A stretch of DNA of 64,000 bases from contig PAPY01000030.1 of NCBI GenBank assembly GCA_002709565.1, positions 50,844-114,843 on the forward strand, read 5' to 3'. Both the position numbers and the translations under genes were made by a program. Source of the stretch: Legionellales bacterium (lineage in GTDB: Bacteria; Pseudomonadota; Gammaproteobacteria; UBA1113). Shown in pieces: positions 20,401-28,471 of this stretch (positions are counted from its first letter, which is position 1; each line of letters opens with the position of its first letter). The notes under the pieces were generated by a model. The model had not been told where the DNA came from. It saw only the letters and a list, made by a program, of their open reading frames with translations, and searched no databases.

Positions 20401-23400
20401 ATGCTTTTTTAATAGTTTCACAAGCTTGTTTGACACGATCTTTGTCTATTAGAGGTATGGCTATGTTAAGATCAAGTTCGATATCTTGATGTACTTCACG
20501 GCCATCACCCTGGGCAATAGTACCACTTACTTTGTTGGCTTGAATTGAAGTGCCCTTTTCTCCTGAGATAACACTGTGTAAGGTACTCTTCTGATAGCGA
20601 ATACCTAAATTGACTGTTATTGTTGGAATGGGTGGTACATAAGGGGATTCAGGGGAAACCTTCCTTGTTGCTACACACTGAATAGTAGCCACACCAGGCT
20701 GTTCTGATTCAGATGATGCCATAGGCTCACCAGACTCAGGAGTCACTGGTCTGGCAGTAGGTTGTTGAACATTGACTTGTTGAGATCCTGAGGCCTTTCT
20801 CATTAATTCCTTCATATTCACGGATAGAGCAAGGCTAAAGCCTTTATTGAATTCCTTGACGTCTTTTGCTGTTATGCTGCGCGCGACAAAATCATTCTGG
20901 CCATCAGTGGTTATCTCACTACCTCGTAGACGAACATCACCAAAAAGCACATTTTCAAAGCCGTCTTTAACATGAATGCCTGAAGGCGTTGTTACCCGTG
21001 CCGACCGTGAACGGCCTATATTCGGCGTAAATTTACCATTAGTATCTACATATAGTCCTTCGTGTTTTGTTTTTTTGGTATCAGCATCTGAGGTGATTGT
21101 CGTATCACCAAAACTGCCCGATGCCGAGTTAGCGCTAACATTGGCATTGCGCATTTTTGTAGAACCAACCTGAATATCAAGATGACCTTCCGTTGTTATA
21201 TTAACGTTAACATGTGTTTTACCTTTTTCTTTGTTACGTTTGAAGCCGCCTCCCACAATAGGTGCGCCCTCTAGCATTACGCCGACAGCAGCAGTATAGG
21301 TTTTTTCTTTAAGGCTATGTTTAAGAGCTGCACCCAACAAAATAAGGTTCGGGGTTTTGATGGTAATACCACGGGTTGTTGAGATAATATACCCCTCGGT
21401 TATTTCGATAACCTCGCCAGCAGCGAGAGTCACATAGCCACAGTCAATAGCTCCTTGCCCTAAGGTTTGGAATTTTCCTGTGGCTTCTGTGTAGTTCAGT
21501 AACACCGTTGCATGTGGATTAATTGGTATTTTATCGAATTTAATGCCCTTTGACTTCAGTAATTCTTTGACAATACTGCCATCGTTAATACCTTTACTGA
21601 TAGCTTCCAGTGTATTGAATCCGTCAATGCCTAACCTAGCAAGTTCTGCGATTATCTCAGCGATTGCCCAATTATTACCACCTTTAACTTTTTTGATCGA
21701 TTGAATAAGATTATAAAGAGTCCTGAGTGTAGGATCTAGGTCGAGTAACTTTTCCCAACTGCGATAATGCCAAGCGTCCATTAAGGCTTTGCCAGTGTAA
21801 TCATAATCAATGGTAACACCTTTACGTTTGAATTTATTATTATATTTTGGTTTACGTAGTTCTATTTTCTTGCCAGCGCTAATTTCAAAATCATAATCCT
21901 TAGCCGATGAATCCGTTGGATCCATCGATGCTGCCACCAATGCAGTGGCATCAACATTACCATCAGTTGATATGACGCTACTTTTACCCCCTTTAGGTGT
22001 GACAATAGTTACACCCACCCCCGTTTTTTGTACAGTTGTTGACTTTTCTTTTATCCAGCTCGCAGGCTCATTACGATGAGGATTAGAAGTAAAGCTATGT
22101 CGACGGCTCTGCGCGCCTACACCAAAATGCTGTTTCCATTTTCGTTTAATTTTCCTTGACTCAGTCACGAAGTCTTCTGTTACGATGTCTTTTTTACCCT
22201 TAATTTGCACATTACCTAATGCCTGTAAACCAACTAACTTAGCGCCACCATTAGCCGCATCTATGTTAACTTCACCTCCACTGACTGATTGAACTGTTGG
22301 AATTCCTAAATCCTGATCAGTTAATATTGTTTGGCGCTTTTGGCCTTCAACAAATTTTCGCCACAGAGACTTCCCACCTTTAGTCTTTGAATAACTAATA
22401 TATTCTGCGGCGAAAGCCATTGCATTTATAGCTTCAGGTGAGTCAGAATGTATCATACCGTCAATATCGCCGTAGGCAAGCAATTTCGCTCCACCTTGCA
22501 TATCTATATCATAAACTTCAAACGCTAAATCGTTTTCCTCCTGTAGCGTACCATCTGAATAGTAACCTGCTTGAATAACGCCACCATCAAATGCGGTTCG
22601 AGCCATTCCCTTATCATCGAAATATTTTCGCTCGCCATGAATAATGACTAAATTGGACTTTCTTGCAATAATCCCAACTTGGCCACCTGCTAGAATCTTA
22701 CCACCATAGATCCCGATGTGACCTTCAACATCCTTAGGCACATGTAACATTACATCGCCATGGCGGCTGTAAATAATTGCTTCATGCTTTCCCATGGTAA
22801 TATCGGTACGTGCTTTTTGGTCTCGGAAGGCATCGACCTGCAAGAGCTGTTGTTGATTATCTCGAACATACTTATTTGCTTCACCCGAATGCTTGTCAAC
22901 AATTCCATGCTCACTCGCTGAAATGAGAACATCATAGTTGGTATTTAAGGCGCCACCAAGATTAAGGTGTTTTCCGACTGCTGTGCCTATGACTCCCCAT
23001 ACATTGATGTCACCGTTGTAGACAAAGTCACCGGCACTATCAAAATAGAGCATGCCGACTATCCCAATGTCATTTTTAATGATGATATTGCCTTTACGGC
23101 TTGTTAAGTCTAAACCATGATTTATTATAAACTTCTTCTTGCTGTCACCGTAATCAACTGTTATTTCATCTGCCTCGATACCAATCATACATCCGCGGCC
23201 AGAGACTTTATCATAGAATACTTTATCAAAAGTTATGTTAGTTCCCTCTGGAAATGCAGCTTTAACCATCTGGAATGCTTGGTATTTCTCTCCCCACCCA
23301 TTGCGTCCAGCAAGAAAGTCATGAGAATCTACCCCCTTACCTTTGACGACAATCGTTCCAACTTTAGCAGTGCCCTTGAGTGCAAGAGTTTCTCCTTCCA

Positions 23401-26400
23401 ACATAACCACAGCTTTAGGTGTTTCAGTAGTCGCATCTTGGATATGGCCTTCATGGTGTAAATGTTCTTTGGCACTGACCATGGCTGTGCCATTCACCTC
23501 TAGTGATGTGCCTTCTTCAAGCGTAACATTATCCCCACTGATAAGTGTCTCACCATAGGTCGTAGCACTAAAGCCACTTTTTGCATGAAATGTCGTGAAT
23601 TGGAAAATAGAGTCACGCGCGCGCATTGAGCTGATAGGACAATAGGTTTGCCCGCTAACTGCAGCGTTATTGACATCAAAAATAAGTTGCTCATCGGGCT
23701 CTGCCACGTAGATATTACTGCGATTATTTTCAATACCATTGCCGCCACTAACGGTAACACTACCAACCCAGTCTTCTTTGATATTGACTTGGATACGAGC
23801 CCCACCAACCGTGCACTCACCATAGCCATAGGCTCTGTCCGCTTGTAATCTGAAATCAAGCAAGCCCACCATATCACTGTGGTGAACTTCCTCGGCGCTG
23901 ATATCATTTACTAATGCATAGTTTCCACCAAGACCATAGTGATGTTGAGCATGGTCAGTATTGTAAGCAGCTAATTGCGGGCCCAGATTGAGACTAAAAT
24001 ACGTTGAGCGTGAATCATTGATACCACCAGCAAATGGCCCATTGACGTGCAGTGCGCTCTCAAATGAGCACTGGCGGAACATAGGTTGCAGTACTGATTT
24101 CAAGAAAAGATCTGGATTATCAACAGCAAACTTTTTGCCATAATCAAAGGCAGCTGTAATACCTAACTCTTCTAAAGACGGTAAGTTATCTCGAGCAGCT
24201 TGGGCACAACTATACAGCGACTCCAATGGATCATCTAATATGTCAGAACAACTACTAGCCCACTTCTCTCCATCTGCAAAAGGTAATAGTTCACCGAGTT
24301 GTTCTGCTGTTGGGAAGCGTCCCTCAAACCATTCACTTACGTCAGCAGCACTTGGCATCTTAGGAAAATAATCGTGGATGCCGTTCGCAGCATCGTCGCT
24401 TATATTACTAAGAACATCGGCGCCTGAACCATCTTGTCCTCCAGCTCTATCAGAAGAAAAAGACGATAACTCACCTAATTGTTCCATTGTTGGTATGTGC
24501 TCACGTACCCAATCCTTAGCATCGGTCATTGTATCTTTATTAAATAACGCACCTAATCCCTTACGTTCATCAGCATTATCAGACCACGCATGTTCTTTTG
24601 CCGCCTCACTGCACTCATCTTTAAATTTCCTAATCGAATCGACACAGCCTTTTGCTGTCCAGAAATAGTCGATCATTTGATGAGTTCGTATCTCTTCTGG
24701 GAATAGCTTACGTAACTCTTCTAACATTGACTCACCGTACTCGATCCACGCCGAGTCTTTTTTGGTCATGTGTTTATAATTCACTGCCCAGGCTCTTTTT
24801 AACTTACCCCAAGCATCACCTTCATATAGCCATTTCAAGCCAGAAAAGCTCATCTTAGTTACAGTGATGGAGTGTTTGAAGGCAGGTGCAAAATACTTTG
24901 CTACTTCACTCGTAATTTCTGCAATAGCTTTGACGTTAGCCAAGCGTTTGGGGTCTGGTAATTGAGTAGGAATATGGGGCAATAACTCAAACGTTACCGC
25001 ACCTTTGATATCCGCATCGCCTTGACCACGAAGGCCTGTGTTAACATACATAAGACAGCGTATCAATAACGATTCATGGCCATTGATCATCATGGTTGAA
25101 TAAACAACAGGTGCATGAATCGTAATGGATGTACCCTCAATGATACTATAATTAATAAAATCATTATCTATCCCGAAAAATACTCGGGTCTTCTCCGCTT
25201 GACCACCACGGATATAGCCTAAATTGGTAATGAAGTTGCCTTTATAAATGATGTCATTAATGATATCAATGGTAGCCATTTCAGCTATTTCAGATCGATT
25301 AATATCACAATAGAGGGCATCACCTTGAATCCTACTGAATCGCTCAGCTTTGAACGTATCTTTGACTTTTAGATTGACCGCATCAACAATTCGAATCAAT
25401 CCAGAATGAACTAGCGTCTGCAAGTCAACTTCCGCACCTTCTAGCTTGATATCTGAACCAAATTGTGTGACAAAATCATTAGCAGCAAGAATGCTCGCCT
25501 CAACATCGAGCTTGCCATGCTCATCCCAGCGTTCAACCTTAGTACGAGAATGCTTCTGAAGGCTCGTTTGTGATCGTGGCGTGGCCTTGTGTTGTTTATT
25601 TACCGTGTACTGTGATTTGTCACTGATTGTAAGTTTACCAGAGTGATGGGTGGTATGAGTAACAAGATGGCTACCTTGAATGATCCCCGTTTCACCTCGA
25701 TTATCAAGTCGCCCTAGCTTGGCTACAGAGCCACTTTGTGCAGTAAGTGATGCAGCATAAGCTACATCAGCAGTATCACTGTATAATTGTGACGAATATA
25801 GGGATACGTCCCCTTGTACTAAAAGCGTATCTAAACTAGCTCGAGCACGTCCTTGCATTAATAACACAGACTCATTAGAAACCAAGGCACTACCTGCAAC
25901 CGTCAGCGACTCTTGCTCAGGATCAATTAAGTCAGTAAATTTCTGCGTTGGGAAAATTTTTCGAGCACGCCCAATAAGAAACTTATATCGCGAAACGAGC
26001 CTTTGTATATCTGGTGCAGCAGTTATGTAAAGTTTACTTTTATCAAGCGACAGGTTTTCACAGGCTAGCGCAGTGCGCTTAGACTCAATAGGCCCAGATG
26101 AACGTAGATTATTACAGCGTATGAATGAGCCAGTAGCTCTCATGACACCAAATAAACCTCGCTCAAGATTGTACTGGCTCTGTAAAACACACCCCATCAT
26201 CTCCATTTCACCATCGATATGATGATGAAATTTGCCTGAGTTGGTTTTATCGTGAATCAAGCAGACATCTAATTTGGTACGATTTCGTTGCTGAATGCCA
26301 TCTACAATAAATATACTATTCTCTATTGTAAATGGAGGCCATTCATACTCTTCCTTTTGTTGAGGAGCTTGATCTGACTTATCTTTTTCATCTTGTGAAA

Positions 26401-27592
26401 CGTTCTGCTTTTTTCTTGGTGGCAAGCTTGCAAGCTCTAACCGTTCAGCTAAGACATGTAATTTACGGGCGATACCCGTCACACGTGTCATCCTTGCTAT
26501 CTTCGCTTTAACAACTGCATTTGAAACAGTCTCCAGTTGTCCATGCAGTTCATAAGTGTCACTTTCTGCGACAACCCCATTCATGCTCACACGACCATCT
26601 AATGAGATATCATGATTAGCCGTTAATTTTGTTTTTTCAAGATTTACCTGTGCAGATTCAGTGCTTCTAATCGATGAGGCCTGGAGTTTCGCTTTGCTAG
26701 TTGTTATCGTACCTTGTACACTAATATCATGTCCAGCTGTACAATGCGCCTTCTGCGACAGTTTCAAATGTGCTTCAGATTGAATATTTATAGCTTCGGT
26801 AACACTGATTCGTGAGCTTTTACTTGCACTCAATGTACCAGCAGCAACATCCAACATATTGAGGCCGACGCTACTTTCTGAAAAGCTAATTTCTCCCTGC
26901 TGCTGTTTCATTACATTTGCTTTGAAATTTGAACCGAAACAACGTGATGATTCAGCTGTGTCAGATTGGATATAGTCCTCAGTAATGGATATCGTTGAAT
27001 TTTCGAAATTAGCAGAGCCAGCCTGATCAAAGTGGTGGCATGCGAGGTTAGACTGAATAGCCTCTATCGTGCCCTTGTTATGTAATCGATTAACACTACA
27101 AGAAGCATCATCTAGGACCATAGAAGAGTGTTTTTGTACTGTTGCTGAGTTACTGACTCTTATCGCCGCATCATAATCTTGCCCTTGCGCTGTAAACTTA
27201 ACCTTATCTTCCAATACTAAATCATTGACAGCGATTGTATTTCTATTTACCTTGAATATGATATTACCAGCGCCTGAGTTATTGCCTGATAATGCTAACT
27301 TTCTTGAGCTAATATTCCTGTTAATGATAACTTTATCACTGGTTGAAATAGAAATTTTGTCATCAGCTATTAAGGAACGGTTGATAATTAGAGGCCCCCT
27401 CGCGTCTACTTTAATTGACCTTGCCTTTAGTTGGCAATTAATTGCGACAGGACTCTTTGTACATATCGTCAGACGAAGTTCACCATTAATATAATCAACT
27501 TCAGCTATCTTCTTAGCTCCGTCATAAATCTCTGTGAGCTCAGTGACCTGTAAATCTGACGAGGTTAAGATAAAAGGTGTACGCTTGGGCAT
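14495..27592 (-). CDS. Giant (4365 aa) multidomain putative secreted effector/toxin. N-terminal beta-helical repeat region, long central region of unknown function, C-terminal OTU-family cysteine protease (deubiquitinase-like) domain
   Basis: Single uninterrupted 13.1-kb ORF. No N-terminal signal peptide (MPKRTPFILTSSDLQV...). Beta-helix-like repeats (NISSRKLALSGNNSGAGNIIFKVNRNTIAVNDLVLEDKVKF; filamentous-haemagglutinin-like segments mid-protein). C-terminal 170 aa carry OTU motifs: Cys loop LGNCLFDAL (Cys codon 14993-14995), WAGEIVLSALSEMTGRQIAIHH, His loop YNRRHYQSL (His codon 14618-14620). Preceded by a Ser/Pro-rich linker. No RTX GGxGxD repeats. Markedly AT-rich. Confidence 0.8.
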   Translation of the reverse strand: MPKRTPFILTSSDLQVTELTEIYDGAKKIAEVDYINGELRLTICTKSPVAINCQLKARSIKVDARGPLIINRSLIADDKISISTSDKVIINRNISSRKLALSGNNSGAGNIIFKVNRNTIAVNDLVLEDKVKFTAQGQDYDAAIRVSNSATVQKHSSMVLDDASCSVNRLHNKGTIEAIQSNLACHHFDQAGSANFENSTISITEDYIQSDTAESSRCFGSNFKANVMKQQQGEISFSESSVGLNMLDVAAGTLSASKSSRISVTEAINIQSEAHLKLSQKAHCTAGHDISVQGTITTSKAKLQASSIRSTESAQVNLEKTKLTANHDISLDGRVSMNGVVAESDTYELHGQLETVSNAVVKAKIARMTRVTGIARKLHVLAERLELASLPPRKKQNVSQDEKDKSDQAPQQKEEYEWPPFTIENSIFIVDGIQQRNRTKLDVCLIHDKTNSGKFHHHIDGEMEMMGCVLQSQYNLERGLFGVMRATGSFIRCNNLRSSGPIESKRTALACENLSLDKSKLYITAAPDIQRLVSRYKFLIGRARKIFPTQKFTDLIDPEQESLTVAGSALVSNESVLLMQGRARASLDTLLVQGDVSLYSSQLYSDTADVAYAASLTAQSGSVAKLGRLDNRGETGIIQGSHLVTHTTHHSGKLTISDKSQYTVNKQHKATPRSQTSLQKHSRTKVERWDEHGKLDVEASILAANDFVTQFGSDIKLEGAEVDLQTLVHSGLIRIVDAVNLKVKDTFKAERFSRIQGDALYCDINRSEIAEMATIDIINDIIYKGNFITNLGYIRGGQAEKTRVFFGIDNDFINYSIIEGTSITIHAPVVYSTMMINGHESLLIRCLMYVNTGLRGQGDADIKGAVTFELLPHIPTQLPDPKRLANVKAIAEITSEVAKYFAPAFKHSITVTKMSFSGLKWLYEGDAWGKLKRAWAVNYKHMTKKDSAWIEYGESMLEELRKLFPEEIRTHQMIDYFWTAKGCVDSIRKFKDECSEAAKEHAWSDNADERKGLGALFNKDTMTDAKDWVREHIPTMEQLGELSSFSSDRAGGQDGSGADVLSNISDDAANGIHDYFPKMPSAADVSEWFEGRFPTAEQLGELLPFADGEKWASSCSDILDDPLESLYSCAQAARDNLPSLEELGITAAFDYGKKFAVDNPDLFLKSVLQPMFRQCSFESALHVNGPFAGGINDSRSTYFSLNLGPQLAAYNTDHAQHHYGLGGNYALVNDISAEEVHHSDMVGLLDFRLQADRAYGYGECTVGGARIQVNIKEDWVGSVTVSGGNGIENNRSNIYVAEPDEQLIFDVNNAAVSGQTYCPISSMRARDSIFQFTTFHAKSGFSATTYGETLISGDNVTLEEGTSLEVNGTAMVSAKEHLHHEGHIQDATTETPKAVVMLEGETLALKGTAKVGTIVVKGKGVDSHDFLAGRNGWGEKYQAFQMVKAAFPEGTNITFDKVFYDKVSGRGCMIGIEADEITVDYGDSKKKFIINHGLDLTSRKGNIIIKNDIGIVGMLYFDSAGDFVYNGDINVWGVIGTAVGKHLNLGGALNTNYDVLISASEHGIVDKHSGEANKYVRDNQQQLLQVDAFRDQKARTDITMGKHEAIIYSRHGDVMLHVPKDVEGHIGIYGGKILAGGQVGIIARKSNLVIIHGERKYFDDKGMARTAFDGGVIQAGYYSDGTLQEENDLAFEVYDIDMQGGAKLLAYGDIDGMIHSDSPEAINAMAFAAEYISYSKTKGGKSLWRKFVEGQKRQTILTDQDLGIPTVQSVSGGEVNIDAANGGAKLVGLQALGNVQIKGKKDIVTEDFVTESRKIKRKWKQHFGVGAQSRRHSFTSNPHRNEPASWIKEKSTTVQKTGVGVTIVTPKGGKSSVISTDGNVDATALVAASMDPTDSSAKDYDFEISAGKKIELRKPKYNNKFKRKGVTIDYDYTGKALMDAWHYRSWEKLLDLDPTLRTLYNLIQSIKKVKGGNNWAIAEIIAELARLGIDGFNTLEAISKGINDGSIVKELLKSKGIKFDKIPINPHATVLLNYTEATGKFQTLGQGAIDCGYVTLAAGEVIEITEGYIISTTRGITIKTPNLILLGAALKHSLKEKTYTAAVGVMLEGAPIVGGGFKRNKEKGKTHVNVNITTEGHLDIQVGSTKMRNANVSANSASGSFGDTTITSDADTKKTKHEGLYVDTNGKFTPNIGRSRSARVTTPSGIHVKDGFENVLFGDVRLRGSEITTDGQNDFVARSITAKDVKEFNKGFSLALSVNMKELMRKASGSQQVNVQQPTARPVTPESGEPMASSESEQPGVATIQCVATRKVSPESPYVPPIPTITVNLGIRYQKSTLHSVISGEKGTSIQANKVSGTIAQGDGREVHQDIELDLNIAIPLIDKDRVKQACETIKKALAGATGQAVTLSQEQAIESSLTDYYDDIEKIVAKVEENCRMIELPFSDSSDTLEAESTPGELGKHPEWTEEATDVLNSENKIDSHPIVPILQQSDVSPELVDTNEYSGLDILSAGDRAFVEARQHEDNTPASRLDSRFRGALRDLSQGLGGDLPLGKCIGVYALANDEEKKALYISLLSIAGTLSNSEISASQAVRLVDDALRAPIAFNDNYLTRIVDEIIIFDEATREYNWLDKLTFHHAQTTPGKIGKFISYFDMDDLSRREFELREEVALSRLSESETELTKYFWGLYHLANELPLFSALGHANNPLVFGAHSCLISTLDYWNNYYAMTPSDERNVKDFFSQYGTSILDATGKGLALDMIMAPFRYGRMLPIKFGSETLNMLQRSAIEVPVLIGASSIIHEGKWPSLSEFTNSAAILATMNIAFHGINYGYMRHIARNQMLRQQRIVRQCLGEPQESTGASLAKRDIKPIQSYSGQPEAVNEAVPSRTKPASIQLKKIPMLNNTGNEVLLRYESNDFHCYSNASPELLEEIAFHIKNSTGAELKPLEDRPLYGHKYGLSDNTDVVILVRPKGSFPETYADGMVYRAADGKQYIIHQFCSDVPIEQQMKANSEKPTISKHENFHRFSKLGNIEKFNEAYLAKLEGNPEAFQPFQEFIDACDEMRLNNRNYPHMYSDSQRSIIEYVIQGYCRSGEAILELKGIGQSEVLSLYDRAMIKCVEGSAYTISAIQKYGVEAVADAIPEMTRLVLDDVAQIGVSNSAAKVDSIRSHAQSRRFFSHFSAPALEAATSISDINPSLNRQRVLSALTVDPTKSDLDNMSISHGTKQKYVSSVLEGPENIGSGGGGKGLYVAPKGYEQVAEEYAGPRTNSAVPASERGVVMKGVISSPDDKPLRHARIRIASRVRTSEVNYEKGIFPFDWAKDKALQRFMHENFDVIEIIGAESAGYAISDRFFVIHESAGPNAINWTSHSASQLANTPGKPSSILSQPKTQARPGKYTVSEHGKQTLQNPTLTRTFQAATKPNAQQQAETITPLHSRTVHAFPDIVNVEQLTAKYGLQDAPPLYMNRITYDIVDLSKSPPIEQLTSEEVMARSYNGKTEKEKFIYVIRADGKLVISSRYSKPIKIENGGIFRDYSRNGMTRAEPITHDGVVYSCFVDTNTGTKYLFNRLTHRAEWRFEQIKHPDLAISSSTHETDATRPIFFGGEVYVHNGVISHVRGGINNKTGHYRNATRLKHVREAQRSFIENIFREAGFDVDIDTVQFPERVPTSGHPYAPRSINMNVRPESSQPTTELPKTNGTKQKPPTMGSSLAISGIAAIGLQAVKSTTLSSAESDSKVAEPQTSLPAPASSGPLPETTQRHQLPKREIPGLNVLSMAQSPPLKPIDMTPEALHECFIQAKPPQAPDVTLDLIRYAEGYNAIFANKKYHTPHPKIFEMVYGYANEPFNQQQRREPLVNDVSYLTPQQFRNVARGQQRYGGVLTADWQLTLFEARSSEGIRVNHGAAANGKPVIMAFEITVLCRSLPSAQPKIDTIYMVSPDSGHYRPVIDDSMYNILLDVFTHNGFSGDNINIVTDSHVGSSYSNAAKSPARAFQGFAARKAAGQDPSVTHYSSLKSHPPRQVISQAADELISSTSRDRQSAQSSASIVSPASSDMSVPKRQRPHATATRPAQGFFKAPVPADRSLSSDNKGPAQPTTRDTSSAPLDKPVSKRKMPSTANVASVSGTSKTKKSDPRFKELKRLFSYDIVKPDPVSQPSSTSSSQDAAPPPFFADPQPFQRVVAVEPHPGLIRADFTQKLGNCLFDALEPHLEFNFRERDLRNRVVDYIEAHPELYENQAVGGEPVRFGNGQYGVEVQSFEHFVDLLRQPEAWAGEIVLSALSEMTGRQIAIHHKGRIGIGRTIEDVITPYNHNPLTSPIFVTYNRRHYQSLIQNAEIDGNLLLAQLQDLHDRVHSPDRQQSPGASGR

Positions 27593-27608
27593 TATATATT
27601 CCTTAAAT

Positions 27609-28460
27609 TTATCGTCTCAAGCTCAAAGACTTGACCTCTAGATCCTGTATTTCACGCACGGTATTTCTAGTTGACAGCAAGGTAAGTTCCGTTAAATCAA
27701 TCATTGAGTATCGACGACTAATAACTTGGTTGCCTTCAGTTTCAGTCCTAGCGGATTCAACATATGAAGAAAAATCGCTCATTGAGTGTCTGCGATGCAT
27801 AACTGGACGGCTGTCTTCTGTTTCAGCCAGGCGATTTTTCAAGTAAATTTCAAGCTGCCCCTGATGATCATCATCTAACATATCAGCATTAAGAATTTCA
27901 TCATATTCTTCATCACAGTCTGAAAATACAGCTCCTGATGTTTGCGCCTCACTCATGCTAGGAGCACCAGAATGCTGTTTCAGTTCTGATACTTCTGCCC
28001 TTAGCTGCGCAATTGTAGTTCTTTGCTCTACTACCGCTGTAATCAGTTGCATATTTTTATAACTATAAACTTCAATTTGTTGTTGGTAACCTTGTTCTTT
28101 TGCCAGTCTCGCTTCTTCAGTTTGTTGCTGCTGAATTTTCATTGCTTTTGCTTCTTTCTCAGCTTCTTCCTTATGTCTCTTTATTATTTCTTCGTCACGT
28201 TCTTGGCGTTTCTTTTCTGCCTCTTCAGCATCTTTAGCACGCCCTTCAATACTCTTTTTTTCAGCAGCATAGTCAATCCATGTCTTTACACCCCATGCTG
28301 TTCCAACAACAGCCAATATTGCTCCTATGCCAGCAGTCCATGGATTGTCATAAGCATAATTACCTATCACATTTCCAACATCAGATACTGTCGTAATCTT
28401 ACGGTCAGTAGTACTGCTTTGCTGCTGGCTGGTTTGTTGACCTTCATTATTTCCTGGCAT
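27609..28460 (-). CDS. Membrane-anchored coiled-coil protein (one TM helix followed by a charged coiled-coil)
   Basis: 283 aa. TM segment AGIGAILAVVGTAWGV. Then EEAEKKRQERDEEIIKRHKEEAEKEAKAMKIQQQQTEEARLAKEQ heptad-like charged region. Stop 16 nt upstream of the giant-gene start. Confidence 0.6.
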   Translation of the reverse strand: MPGNNEGQQTSQQQSSTTDRKITTVSDVGNVIGNYAYDNPWTAGIGAILAVVGTAWGVKTWIDYAAEKKSIEGRAKDAEEAEKKRQERDEEIIKRHKEEAEKEAKAMKIQQQQTEEARLAKEQGYQQQIEVYSYKNMQLITAVVEQRTTIAQLRAEVSELKQHSGAPSMSEAQTSGAVFSDCDEEYDEILNADMLDDDHQGQLEIYLKNRLAETEDSRPVMHRRHSMSDFSSYVESARTETEGNQVISRRYSMIDLTELTLLSTRNTVREIQDLEVKSLSLRR

Positions 28461-28471
28461 TTTTCACCTCT

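Noticed and set aside
15186..27494. Numerous 60-135-aa ORFs on the + strand and in alternative minus-strand frames inside the giant gene (e.g. 15186..15416, 18839..19177, 23117..23461, 23500..23907, 27225..27494)
   Set aside because: All lie within the single continuous 13.1-kb minus-strand ORF and have low-complexity or implausible composition. They are AT-rich antisense frame artefacts.
14495..27592. Giant protein as an RTX/T1SS substrate of the adjacent-looking secretion system, or as a TPS/CdiA-like exoprotein
   Set aside because: No GGxGxDxUx nonapeptide repeats, no N-terminal signal peptide or TPS domain, and the C-terminus is an OTU domain rather than a T1SS secretion signal. The T1SS genes are 11 kb away and separately transcribed.
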